Positions 12,534 to 23,954 of a DNA stretch of 64,000 nucleotides are shown here, one piece after another (position 1 is the first letter of the stretch; every line of letters starts with the position of its first letter). A model generated the notes under the pieces. That model saw nothing but the letters and a program-made list of their open reading frames with translations. It was not told the DNA's origin and did not search any database. The translations under genes were made by a program, and so were the position numbers. Location of the stretch: the NCBI GenBank assembly GCA_951406725.2, contig OX597823.1, positions 19,406,001 to 19,470,000 of the forward strand. The letters are read 5' to 3'. This DNA comes from Octopus vulgaris. Taxonomy: Eukaryota.

Positions 12534-13156
12534 TGAAGGGGTGCTATGAAGTTCCTGGTTTTAAGGGTATCGTGAAAGGCCTTGATTGAAGACCCAACCT
12601 TCCAAGTTCTTTTACAGGGCTAAGGAAAACGGAAGGACCGTTGCAATAAGTGAGTGAATCTGAGAGGGGAATATCTCTATATATATATATAAACGGCAGT
12701 TTGTCTGTCTGTGTGTCTGTCAGGTTGTACTCTCACCCGGACCACGGCTTTCAACCGATTCTGATGAAACTTGACACACACATAGCCCAATGTCAGAATT
12801 CAAAACTAACGCAGCGAAAATTTTGAAAAGTTCCCCCAGTTCTGAAAATAATCGATAAATTCGACATGGGGTCGAGAATCTAAGCTTTTTATATGCGACA
12901 CATTTTCTGTCGGGAGACAGCTAGGAACATCGTATACATAGAAGTATTCAAGTGAAGAGAAGACATGGCAACCTACACATGCGCCTTCGTTCCCTAGAGG
13001 GAAAGAACTAGATTGGGATTAGTTGTTGCCTACTAGGGGCTCTTACATACCCGGGCAATGCCGGGCTATGCTGCTAGTGTTGGATAAAATTATAATTAAC
13101 TGATCCTCCTGTATTTTCTTTTAGCCAAAGCCAGGAACTTTTCGGCATCCCTTGTA
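12534..13156. mobile_element. mariner-like MITE (host of the Helitron)
   Basis: Imperfect TIRs (gaaggggtgctatgaagttcctgg / ccaggaacttttcggcatcccttg) flanked by TA; paralogous copy at 55783-55998. Confidence 0.65.
12674..13077 (+). mobile_element. non-autonomous Helitron
   Basis: 5' TC, subterminal hairpin CCCGGGCAATGCCGGG, 3' CTAG, inserted between A and T with no TSD. The empty site gaggggaata|tgttg is seen in the paralogous MITE at about 55.9 kb. Confidence 0.88.
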
Positions 13157-13409
13157 TGTTATGTGAACATTCAGTCTCTGCAAACATGCAACGTGAATTG
13201 TCTGACTGAATTAACCGCAGAGACATTTAATGAATGTAAACAAGAAAGACCGCAACATCATCATAAAACCATTTACTTTCCTTCCCACCTCTCTTCTCAG
13301 ACCAACAACAGCTTGTACATGTATTTACACACGCACAACATCATCTCCCAATATAATAATGAGTGTAGTGCTTTTATATATGTGTGTGTGTGTGTGTGTA
13401 CTCTCTTTC

Positions 13410-13813
13410 TCTCTTTACTTGTTTCAGTCATTTGACTGTGGCCATGCTGGAGCACCGCCTTTAGTCGAGCAAATCGACCCCGGGACTTATTCTTTGTAAG
13501 CCCAGTGCTTATTCTATTGGTCTCTTTTGCCGAACCGCTAAGTGACGGGGACGTAAACACACCAGCATCGGTTGTCAAGCAATGCTAGGGGGACAAACAC
13601 AGACACACAAACATAGACACACACATACATATATATATATACATATATACGACGGGCTTCTTTTCAGTTTCCGTCAACCAAATCCACTCACAAGGCATTG
13701 GTTGGCCCGGGGCTATAGCAGAAGACACTTGCCCAAGATGCCACGCAGTGGGACTGAACCGGAACCATGTGGTTGGTTAGCAAGCTACTTACCACAAAGC
13801 CACTCCTGCGCCT
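13410..13813 (-). mobile_element. tRNA-derived SINE family A (representative copy)
   Basis: Head GGCGCAGGAGTGGC.GTGGTAAG...GGTTCAGTCCC. Other copies at about 10035-10403, 14471-14853, 15051-15432, 25481-25820, 27026-27440, 28633-29028, 33068-33440, 46360-46760, 52900-53223, 58900-59277 and 62598-62993. Confidence 0.9.
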
Positions 13814-14339
13814 ATATATATATCTATGTGTGTATATATATATATTTGTCCAGAATCACGCCAGATGCAGAGGAGGAGGAGAGAAAATAGTGATTCAGTG
13901 AAGGAGAAATAGTGAGAGTAATAGCCCTGACTGAGAGGGAGTGAGAGAAAGTAATAGCAATGAAAGAAAGGAAAGAGTGATAGATAAATAAGGAAGGAAG
14001 GGGTGAAAAAAAATTAGCATTTCAACTGTGCGTGAGTACATGTGTATATGTGTGTGCGTGTACAAGGGAAGTATGTGAATGTTTGTATTTGTGATTATTA
14101 TGTACCTTATTTATATATAAAATCCTACAATTAACCATCATTATTGACGCCACATGGTCAGCCAGTTGCATATATAATGCAACTTCTCACTTTAAATTCT
14201 GTAAAAAACAAGTCAAAGTTCTTTTTATCATCCAGTGTGATACAGTTTCCACATTTTACAGGATAAGAAAGTGGCTCTTGTTTATATTAACCTACATCCA
14301 ATTGACTTAAAAAACACATAGAACATTGTAACCCAAGAG

Positions 14340-15017
14340 CAGTGGTTCCCAAAGTGAGCAGTACTGCCTCCTTGGGGGTCGGTGGAAAGATCCAGCGGGG
14401 CATTGATGAAAAGTAGGATGATAATGGGGGTGGCCAAAATGGGGTGATAGATGTAGAAAAAAAAAATATAGGCATAGGAGTGGCTGTGTGGTAAGTAGCT
14501 TGCATACGAACCACATGGTTCCGGGTTCAGTCCCACTGCATGACACCTTGGGTAAGTGTCTTCTACTATAGCCTCAGGCCGACCAAAGCCTTATGAGTGG
14601 ATTTGGTAAACGGAAACTGAAAGAAGCCCGTCGTACATATATTTATATATATATATATATGTGTGTGTGTCTGTGTTTGTCCCCCCAACATCTGGTGTGT
14701 TTATGTCCCTGTAACTTAGTGGTTCGGCAAAAGAGACCGATAATATAAGTACTAGGCTTACAAAGAATAAGTCCTGGGGACGATTTACTCAACTAAAGGC
14801 AGTGCTCCAGCATGGCCACAGTCAAATGACTGAAACAACTAAAAGAGTAAAGAGAATATCAATTGTTTAATTAGGTTCGATTTTTATTTGGGAAATACAG
14901 TTGTTTTGAATTTGCCGTAGAAAGTGGTCTATATTTGTGGTGAGGAGGGTGAGGGGCGCTAGGAATGTGGCCTAGGTGCCAAGAAGGCGGCAGCCTGAAA
15001 AAGTTTGGGAACCACTG
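14340..15017. mobile_element. hAT-type MITE interrupted by a SINE
   Basis: TIRs CAGTGGTTCCCAAA / TTTGGGAACCACTG; SINE at 14471-14853 inside; paralog at 40279. Confidence 0.8.
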
Positions 15018-15050
15018 TTCTAGAGGTATCCATTCCAACAGAAAAAAGAT

Positions 15051-15432
15051 AGGCGTAGGAGTGGCTGTGTGGTAAGTAGCTTGCTTAAGAACACATGGTT
15101 CCGGGTTCAGTCCCACTGCGTGGCACCTTGGGCAAGTGTCTTCTACTATTGCCTCGGGCCAGCCAAAGCCTTGTGAGCGGATTTGACAGATGGAAACTGA
15201 AAGAAGCCCGTCATATATATGTATGTGTGTGTGTGTGTGTATATGTTTGTCCCCTCAACATCGCTTGACAACTGATGCTGGTGTGTTTATGTCCCCATAA
15301 CTTAGCGGTTCAGCAAAAGAGACCGATAGAATAAGTAATAGGCTTACGAAGAATAAGTCCTGGGGTCAATTTGCTCGACTAAAGGCGGTGGTCCAGCATG
15401 GCCGCAGTCAAATGACTGAAACAAGTAAAAGT
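15051..15432 (+). mobile_element. SINE family A
   Basis: Full-length copy with tRNA-like head and GAAACAAGTAAAAG tail. Confidence 0.9.
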
Positions 15433-15606
15433 GTAAAAGATAGGCTAGCCATGGGTAGAACATGTTTGGCCATAGGTTTACTAAATGAAGACTGACATAA
15501 CGATTAACCACCACCACAACTGCCACACACTATGATATAAACAGCGGGAATGAGGAAGAAACGATATAAAACAAATGATGTCTGAATCAGCATCTGAACA
15601 ACTCAC

Positions 15607-15872
15607 CAGGTGATGGAGGATTGTAAGCGTTACATTTGGTAGCAGGTCTCCATCGGAAGAATTTCTGGCACAGTTTCTGTTTTCCTGAGTACATGCAGCA
15701 GTGTAAGAATGGGATAATATCTGACTCAAAATGTGTTAAGTGTGGCACGATTCCATCTCCCTGAGCTTGGTTGTTATATCGGTAAACATAGCCACAGTCT
15801 GAATGAGACTGCCACTCTAGCAAACTGTTGTTTCTGCCACCATAGCAACACGATTGGCCTGCATTGGTTGTA
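15607..15872 (-). CDS. SUSD2/mesh-like exon, AMOP domain C-half
   Basis: Acceptor tattccag and donor G|gtgagt; phase 2-1. Translates TTNAGQSCCYGG...HFESDIIPFLHCC...CQKFFRWRPATKCNAYNPPSP, which has the AMOP GQxCCY and RP..C..Y.PP motifs. Confidence 0.92.
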
Positions 15873-16104
15873 CTGGAATAGCGACGTGAATATTACAGTT
15901 TAGATTATAGTACAGTAGTGTTAGAACAGTTGTAACTTATAGCAGAGTATGGCACAGCGGTGTATTAGACACTACAGTAAAACCAAGATCTCCACAGAAG
16001 AGTATATATCACAAGTAAGTAGAATAATGTTCACAGTAAATACATACTAATACAATAGTACCAACTTGTATAGAGAACACTGCAGTAAGTACAAAGAATG
16101 TAAA

Positions 16105-16665
16105 CTAGTACTGAGGTCCCAAGTTATATAAAAGTATACAAAATAAGTACAGTGGTCCCAAGTTATATAAAAAGTACACTAAATAAGTACAGTGGTCCCA
16201 AGTTATATAAAAAGTACACTAAATAAGTACAGTGGTCCCAAGTTATATAAAAGTATACTAAATAAGTACAGTGGTCCCAAGTTATATAAAAAGTACACTA
16301 AATAAGACCAGTGGTCCCAAGTTATATAAAAAGTACACTAAATAAGAACAGTGGTCCCAAGTTATATAAAAAGTACACTAAATAAGAACAGTGGTCCCAA
16401 GTTATATGAAAGTACACTAAATAAGTACAGTGGTCCCAAGTTATATAAAAAGCACACTAAATAAGTACAGTGGTCCCAAGTTACATAAAAGTATACTAAA
16501 TAAGTAGAGGTCCCAAGTTATATAAAAAGTATACTAAATAAGTACAGTGGTAGCAAGGTTTATAAAAGTACACTAAATAAGTACAGAGGTCCCAAGTTAT
16601 ATAAAAAGTATACTAAATAAGTACAGTGGTACCAAGTTATATAAAAAGTACACTAAAATAGTACA
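16105..16665. repeat. 38-39 bp minisatellite, about 14 units
   Basis: Tandem unit AAATAAGTACAGTGGTCCCAAGTTATATAAAAAGTACACT with minor variants. Confidence 0.95.
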
Positions 16666-17280
16666 ATAATGTTTGTAGTTAATACATAGCATCAAATAGT
16701 GCAGTAGTTCTATGTTATATAAAGCATATTACTCTGTGGCGAGTACAATAATCCTTCCTACTAAAGGCACAAGGCCTGGAATTGGGAGGAGGGGGGTCTC
16801 CAGTTGATTACATCGACCCCAGTGCTTCACTGATACTTAATCTATTGACCCCTGAATGGATGGATGAAAGGTAAAGTCGGCCTCGCCAAAATTTGAACTC
16901 AGAATGTAGCGATGGGTGAAGTACTGCTAACTATTTCGTTCAGTGTGCTAACGATTCTGCCAGCTCGCTGTCCTTGGTGAGTACAATAATGTTAACAAGT
17001 AAAGTGCTACCAAATTATATAAAAAGTACACGAAATAAGGATGTGAGCTTGAGTCCCAAGGTTGGCCACCGACAGATTTTTCTCTAAAATATGGATAGTT
17101 TATCCCGTTTATGTCATTTTATTAGCATTATTCTGTGTTTGAGAATAAAATTATTTCCTTATCTGTATCTTTCAATACATCTCAACACTTCTAAAGCAAA
17201 CTTTGTTGACTGTTAATGTATGTTAGTGTCTAATAAAGCTAGATTTATATATCCTAAATTTGCAGAAGAATTTGACATTG

Positions 17281-17357
17281 GGTCAGTTTAGCTTAAAGGT
17301 AAAGCACTGGACGTGTAATCAGAGAGATGTGAGTTCAAGTCTCATGGCTAGCCACCA
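17281..17357 (+). pseudogene. tRNA-like sequence ending in CCA (pseudo-tRNA or repeat head)
   Basis: D-arm GCTT/AAGC, T-arm GTGAG-TTCAAGT-CTCAT, ends GCCACCA. Acceptor and anticodon stems are imperfect; nominal anticodon TGT. Confidence 0.55.
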
Positions 17358-17632
17358 ACAGATTTTTCTACAAAATATGCATAGTTAATCCTGTTCATGC
17401 TATATTATTAACATTATCCTGCGATTGAGAATAAAATTATTTCCTTATCTGTATCTTAAGTACAATAATGTTTGTAGTAAATACATAACATCAAATAGTA
17501 CAGTAGTTCTATGTTATGTACTGCGGTGAGTACAATAAAGTGAACAAGTACAAAGGTAGTAAGTTATATATAGAGCCAACTAAAGCAAGTTATATAAAGT
17601 AGAGTATAGTGTAGCAAGTTCAATATTATATA

Positions 17633-18028
17633 CTAGCAGTATCACCCGGCGTTGCTCGGGTTTGTAAGGGAAATAACTATATAAGCATTTTTAGAAATGT
17701 AAAGTATAATAGCCATCTCAATATGGCTAACCACAAAGGGGGGGTGTTACTGTAGCTTTTTATGTTCTGAGATTTAATAATACATTTTTAGAGAGTTACT
17801 TCCCTTATATAATAGCAAAAAAATGCATTAAAAATGGGAAAAAATGATGGTAAATTTTTTTTTTAATCGTAGACTCATCGTAGGCGCGCACTAATACCCA
17901 GAAGGGCTCGATATGAATCACGACTATAAGGTACCCGGTTTTGGTTACACTGCACTGCAAAATGTGGGAGTAGTTAGGAATCTAAATCGTAGGAGACAGA
18001 CACACAACTTCACTTTTATATATAAAGA
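17633..18028 (-). mobile_element. non-autonomous Helitron (family shared with 31391 and 54401)
   Basis: Minus strand 5' TCTTTATATATA ... CCCGAGCAACGCCGGG hairpin ... CTAG 3'. Confidence 0.85.
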
Positions 18029-19079
18029 TTTTCTATTGTAAAATACAATACAGTATTAAAATTCCAGCGAAGTCAAATTTCCTTTTCAGGATTACAGCCA
18101 ATGCAGTATCTTTAACATTTGGATAATGTTAGACAAGAGAGAAATTGTTACTTCCACATTCCACTTATCTGAGACGAGGATTGAACTTGTTAACATATTA
18201 ACTGGTAATAACAGAAGCTGTATAGCCAAGTGGTTAGTTGAATTACATCCCGCCCAAGCCCGATTTATGAGGCCAACTAAAACAATTGAAAACTTAGTGT
18301 TGTGCTTAGGGTTGCAACAGAGACAGCAGGTCATTGGGAAGAAAACATGCTGTTCTATTACCATGGCCACCAGCACTTTTAGAGTACAGTAGAGTTATAG
18401 TATGGAAGAGTACGGCAGATTATTCTAGAGTAGTGGTTTGTAACCGGGGTCCATGTAAGATTTTATTAAAGTTTATGTGCAATCTTCATCATCATCATCA
18501 TCGTTTAACGTCTGCTTTCCATGCTGGCATGGGTTGGATGGTTTGACTAAGGATTGGCAAGCCAGGAGGCTGCACTAGGCTACAATCTGATCTGGCAAGG
18601 TTTCTACAGCTGGATGCCCTTCCTAATGCCAACCACTCCAAGAGTGTAGTGGGTGCTTTTTACATGCCACCGCCACGGGGGCCAATCAAACAGTCACACT
18701 GGAATGGTGCTTTTTACATGCCACTGGCACAGTAGCCAGTCAAAGTGGCACTGGCATCGGTCATACTGAAATGGTGCTTTTTATGTTCCACCGGCACGGG
18801 GAGCCAGTCAGGCAGCACTGGTATCGGACATGCTCGAACGGTGCTTTTTCTTGGTTTATTCTTCTACAATACACAAAATATTTTGACACTTTTTCAAATA
18901 CAATTCCTAATAATATTTAATTATAAAAATACAATAGTTCCACCCTCCCTAACATTGACGGGGAAAGAGGTCCAGTAGAGTAAAATAGGAACCAAAAGGG
19001 TTTATAGGCAAAGAAGTGGTTGAGCACCACTGATGCAGAGTATTGAACAGAACAAAACAATGTGAGTAGTGATACGAAC

Positions 19080-19343
19080 CTCTTTGAGTTTAAAATGACA
19101 CATTCAGTAGCTTTTGGATGATATATACAATTGAGGGCTTTGTTTGGGGAATTAGTATTACAAAGGGGGTCTTTTTGATAACGGCTTGTGTCCCGGCTCG
19201 CTTGCCGTAACGCACATGGACACATGTTGGGGTTGATATCTAAATTGGGGTGGTCTTCTGCCAGCCATTTTTCACATCTTTCTTGAGAATTTTTCTCTCC
19301 ACCATTCACAGGAAATATGTCAGACCAAAGAGTAACTGGAAAA
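19080..19343 (-). CDS. SUSD2/mesh-like exon, AMOP domain N-half
   Basis: Acceptor ttattacag and donor AG|gttcgt; phase 2-2. Translates FPVTLWSDIFPVN...CEKWLAED...CPCALRQASRDTSRYQKDPLC...CIYHPKATECV, which has the AMOP CxxW, CPC and YHP..C motifs. Confidence 0.92.
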
Positions 19344-19475
19344 CTGTAATAAAGATAAAGAGATAAATAAATACATGTATGTATGTATGTATGTATGTGT
19401 GTGTGTATATATATATATATATGAAAAAACAAGTCAAAAATAGAAAATGCTAAGATGATTTTACAGTGAATCTTT

Positions 19476-19513
19476 CAGTACCGGTTTCGGTCATTTTGAG
19501 ACCTTTTCAACTG
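19476..19513 (-). pseudogene. degenerate hammerhead motif
   Basis: Minus strand reads cag-TTGAAAA-GGTC...GACC-GAAAC-cg-GTA-ctg. Stems are intact but the core has two substitutions relative to CUGAAGA. Confidence 0.5.
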
Positions 19514-19649
19514 TAACGATTAAATAATTAAATTTAGAAAAATTAGAAGAAAAGTTTTTTTAAAAGAATATTTCTGTAGTAGTGTTCAGATATAAGTAGC
19601 ATTCTGCCTTTCTCTGACTCCCTTGTTTGCACTTGTGTGTTCGAGGTCG

Positions 19650-19693
<44 letters not shown>

Positions 19694-20249
19694 ACCGACC
19701 AGACCGTCAGATGTTGTTACACATCGCTGGTCACAATGCGTTTGCATTGTTTTAGCCTTCAAATGACGCCACCCCGCTGGCTAAGCGAGCAGGCCAACAG
19801 AAGAAAGAGTGGTGAAAGAGTACAGCAGGGATCACCACACCCTGCCGGAGCCTCGTGGAGCTTTTAGGTGTTTTCGCTCAATAAACACCCACAACGCCCG
19901 GTCTGGGAATCGAAACCGCGATCCTACAACCGCGAGTCCAATGCCCTAACCACTGGGCCATTGCGCCTCCACACACACATATATATATATATGCGCATAT
20001 ATTTATTTATTTATTGCAGGCAATGGGGGGCTAAACATAGATGGTGTGTATGTGTGTGTACGACCTGGTGGGGTTTGGACACAACAAAGGTGATGATAAA
20101 AGGAAGTCCAAGTAGGATAAAAATGTCTGAGTGGAGGTGACATAAACTCAGCAGTTATGAGGAGCAGAAGCCATTATAGTAACAGCTGAAGAAGAAAGAG
20201 AGGAGATTGCATGCCCGGGGGGTCAGAGGCTGCACGGTGCTGAGTGACT

Positions 20250-20811
20250 TTGTACAAATTTAAATAACCAAAAGCAATATGGCAGCACTCAGAAATTCAT
20301 GTTCTGTTCACAAAAGGCAGCCTTTGTTCAATGCAGACAAAGTGTTTGGTATCTCACCAAAGTCTGATGGTATCAGTAACAGAGTGTATACCGGAAGTGA
20401 TCGTGATTTGTCCTATCTTTATGATTCAGGTACTGATTTAGACAAGAAATATCTTACAGGTGCAAGTGGTGTAGATAATAAGGGTAAGGAGCAGGTGTAT
20501 AGCAGCACTGAGTCTGGTAGTGGAAATGAGTTTTCTGGTGATGTTACCTCCTGACAATGTAAGATGATGTTCCTACAGATAATTGGATACATGTAAGTAA
20601 CTTGGAAAATGACAAGCCCCACGATATGATTTATTGATCAAGGTGGGTCTGTATGCCAACAAACTGAAACTAGGCCTGTTGATTATTTAGATATTTTCTT
20701 TTGTTTTTGTCATTTATAGTGCTGGGTCATCACTTTGGGATTATCTTGTGACACAAACCAGTAAATCTGACCAAACCACAAGGATTTGAAAAATTGTCTG
20801 CAAAAGGGTTA
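20250..20811 (+). mobile_element. possible decayed piggyBac fragment
   Basis: Acidic S/D-rich remnant, an RPVDYLDIF-like peptide, and an end at AAAGGG-TTAA; no matching left end found. Confidence 0.3.
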
Positions 20812-20888
20812 AGAATTCATGAAAGTAAATCAAATAAGACCTAATAAAAAAAACAAAAAAACCATCTGCATGTTACCAGAATCACTTG

Positions 20889-21305
20889 ATTAACTTAAAC
20901 ACTTGACTCCCTATGGACCACAGGCCCTCAATGACCTTCCTCAACTGTTGTCAACCCTGGGTTATTTTTCCTACTGCTGGATCCCTGCTTTTCCTTGCAG
21001 CTTCCTTTCAGATTTTGATACACTGTCATGTTTCTTTGAGAGAAGGCCCTCCTCTCCCAGGTCTTGTTGGTTTTGGAATGTCAGTAAGCTTCTGTAACTT
21101 GGATTTTTCTCTCAATGCAAACCCATTTTTATAAATGACAAAAACAAAATTTTTATCTTTGGGAAGAGGTGACCCAGGTTAATCTGGCCTCAAGCCTTTT
21201 ACCTATTTAGATTGGGAGGCTCTGTTTACAACTTGCACACCACTGGCATAGCTCCCAGCGTCATTAAAGGGATGAAAGCCACCACAGCACAACAAGGACT
21301 GGACA
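20889..21305 (-). mobile_element. short bipartite RTE-derived element, second copy
   Basis: 21160-21305 is homologous to 9098-9245; the remainder resembles a decayed RTE ORF C-terminus. Confidence 0.5.
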
Positions 21306-21816
21306 ACTTGAGATTGAGACCTGCTAGAACCAAGAGCTGTATCTGCCTCAAATAACACCCTACCATCTTAGGAAAGAAGAATGGGTTACTAATGTGGCTC
21401 TCAATGCACTGTGCCTGGTAAAAAAGGTAGGATAGTCATAAGTCAGCTTGACTGGAACTGACCCAGAGTTAAGTAACAACAACATATTTGTATTTAAGGT
21501 GGCGAGCTGGCAGAAACGTTAGCCCACCAGGTGAAATGCGTAGCCGTATTTCGTCTGCCGTTACGTTCTGAGTTCAAATTCCGCCGAGGTCGACTTTGCC
21601 TTTCATCCTTTCGGGGTCGATAAATTAAGTACCAGTTACGCACTGGGGTCGATATAATCGACTTAATCCGTTTGTCTGTCCTTGTTCGTCCCCTCAGTGT
21701 TTAGCCCCTTGTGGGTAGTAAAGAAATATATAAGTACAAGATGAGAAGGGGGAAGAGAAAGAGAGGAGAGAGAGAGAGAGAGAGGAAGGAGAGAGCAAGA
21801 GAGTGTACCGACTGAC

Positions 21817-21965
21817 CTTAGCTGCCTCTGATTGTCATCTTCAAGGACTCGGATGATAGCTGTACTGTAGTTCAACAGGTTATCTTCTAGAGCCAATGTC
21901 ATGCTGTGTTGACCAATGCTGTGGAAATTCTTCACCAAGTGCCATTTAAAAAAACTACCATTTAA
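21817..21965 (-). CDS. SUSD2/mesh-like exon (linker before AMOP)
   Basis: Acceptor ttatttcttatag and donor AG|gtcagt; phase 0-2. Translates LNGSFFKWHLVKNFHSIGQHSMTLALEDNLLNYSTAIIRVLEDDNQRQL. Confidence 0.75.
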
Positions 21966-22219
21966 CTATAAGAAATAAAAACGTGTACAAAACAAAGGTG
22001 AATAGTGAGTTGCTACATCAATCATCATCATCATCATCATCACCACATACACACAGAGTGCACTATTAATAGTTATATCACCAAAGGGCAGAGACAGTTG
22101 TGCAGTGGGGTCACCAAACATTTTTGACCACCGGGGGCCCCCTTTAGCCACTTCTCCTTCCACATCGACCACCCTCCTCATTTAAAATATCTTAATGCCT
22201 TACCCTACTGTACCATACT

Positions 22220-22447
22220 TTAACCCTTTAGTGTTTAAACTGGCTGTATCCGGTCCAAATATTCTACACATTTTATGCTCAAACTGGCCAGAACATGCAT
22301 CTCACATCTACCCTGCAATGTCACTCCAAAAATAAGCAATTACATCTTTCCTATCTTGAAGGTACAAAATAATATCAGATAATTTTTTTTAAATGTGAAT
22401 AAATAAGGATTACTTTTGACAAATTAATCTGAACACTAAAGGGTTAA
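22220..22447. mobile_element. second piggyBac-type MITE family
   Basis: TTAA-CCCTTTAGTGTTTA ... TGAACACTAAAGGG-TTAA termini. Confidence 0.75.
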
Positions 22448-22569
22448 ATAAATGTGTGCCGGGTTCTGATGCTGGCAATTAAAATGTTAGCTAAAATATA
22501 CATGTACGACAAATTAAGAAATTCTATTGAAGATGACACACTTTACATTTAAAACTACATGTACAAGGT

Positions 22570-22841
22570 TCTATATTTAAGAGATGAGGAATTATGTACA
22601 TTATTTACATTTGACAGATATTTGTCCTCATCTTGTTTGTTGTTAACACAACGTTTCGGCTGATTTACCCTCTAGCCTTCTTCAGGTGTCTTGGGGAATT
22701 TTCGAACCTGGGTTCTCATTCCTAAGGTATTTTTCAATGTTGTTATTGTTATTATTATTATTATTATTACTGTTATTCAGGTCACTGTTTGGAATCAAAC
22801 TCGGAATCTTGGGGTTAGTAGCCTGCGCCCTTAACCACTAC
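22570..22841 (-). mobile_element. tRNA-headed SINE-like element with hammerhead motif (copy 1)
   Basis: Reverse complement of 22849-23090. Its head is slightly truncated; (AAT)n linker and intact hammerhead core. Confidence 0.75.
22646..22689 (-). ncRNA. minimal hammerhead motif inside tRNA-headed element
   Basis: Minus strand reads acac-CTGAAGA-a-GGCT...AGCC-GAAAC-GTT-gtgt. Stem I acac/gtgt. Confidence 0.62.
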
Positions 22842-22848
22842 ACCCACA

Positions 22849-23090
22849 GGCATATGGCATAGTGGTTAAGAGCATGGGCTACTAACCCCAAGATTCGGAG
22901 TTCGATTCCAAGCAGTGATCTGAACAACAACAACAATAACAACAACATTGAAAAATACCTTAGGAATGAGAACCCAGGTTCGAAATTTCCCCAAGACACC
23001 TGAAGAATGCTGGAAAGTATATCAGCCAAAACACTGTGTTAGCAACAAACAAGACGAGGACAAATATCAGTCGAATGTAAATAACGTACG
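22849..23090 (+). mobile_element. tRNA-headed SINE-like element with decayed hammerhead (copy 2)
   Basis: A-box TGGCATAGTGG, B-box GTTCGATTCC, (AAC)n linker, then CTGAAGA...AAAAC (GAAAC mutated). Confidence 0.75.
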
Positions 23091-23227
23091 TGTATGAGTA
23101 TACAGCATTAAACTTTCAATTTTTATTAAATTGTTTTCACGGTTAGAAAATGTGAAAAATGCATCAAATTGCTGGAATATCTTTTATTGAAATTGACAAC
23201 ATCAATCCTTTCTATTATAGGCACATA

Positions 23228-23640
23228 TCATCATCATCATCGTTTAGCGTCCGCTTTCCATACTGGCATGGGTTGGATGGTTCAACTGGGGTCTGGGAAG
23301 CCAGAAGGCTGCACCAGGCCCAGTCTGATTTGGCAATATTTCTACAGCTGGATGCCCTTCCTAATGCCAACCACTCCGTGAGTGTAGTGGGTGCTTTTTA
23401 CGTGCCAGACGGGGCTGGTAATGGCCACCGATCGGATGGTGCTTTTAACGTGCCACCGGCATGGGAGCCAGGTGAGGCTGGCAATGGCCACGATCGGATG
23501 GTGCTTTTTACGTGCCACCGGCATAGATGTCTGTTGGAGCGGCGCTGGCAACGGCCATGTTCAGATGGTTCGCTTACGTGCCACCAGCACTGGTATCACA
23601 GCTACAATTTCCATTGATGTTGATCGATTTCGATTTTGAT
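23228..23640 (-). mobile_element. SINE family C with (GAT)n tail and internal subrepeats (representative copy)
   Basis: CATCATCGTTTA.CGTC...GGATGCCCTTCCTAATGCCAACC core. Other copies at about 2148-2420, 4340-4650, 9525-9950, 18487-18850, 51290-51500, 56005-56200, 59330-59643 and 61280-61660. Confidence 0.82.
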
Positions 23641-23954
23641 TCTGCTGACCCCATTCGAGTCCTTGGCTATCATTGACACCAGTTGCATACTGGGGTCGAT
23701 GTAATTGCCTATTCCCCCCCCCCACCAATTTCAAGCTTTGTGCTTATAGTAGAAAGTATTAAATGTTCGATGGGCCAGGGCTAAACTAAAGCTAAAAAAA
23801 AAAAAAATGCCAACAATGCTCTATCGTTAACCACACAAGGGCAGTCCATGAAACGAAACGAGGGCATTAGGGTTGACACCTACATTCGTCTTGTAGTTTG
23901 TGAAATCAATTTAATCGCAAAGGAAGAAAATCCTGATAAAAAATCTTCACTTAC

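Noticed and set aside
15491-15606. Alternative donor gtcagt at 15496 extending the AMOP exon
   Set aside because: The coding frame hits a stop at 15587; the gtgagt donor at 15606 gives the correct phase into the GDPH exon.
16105-16665. CRISPR-like array
   Set aside because: Units are contiguous near-identical repeats with no unique spacers, in a eukaryotic intron with no cas genes; it is a minisatellite.
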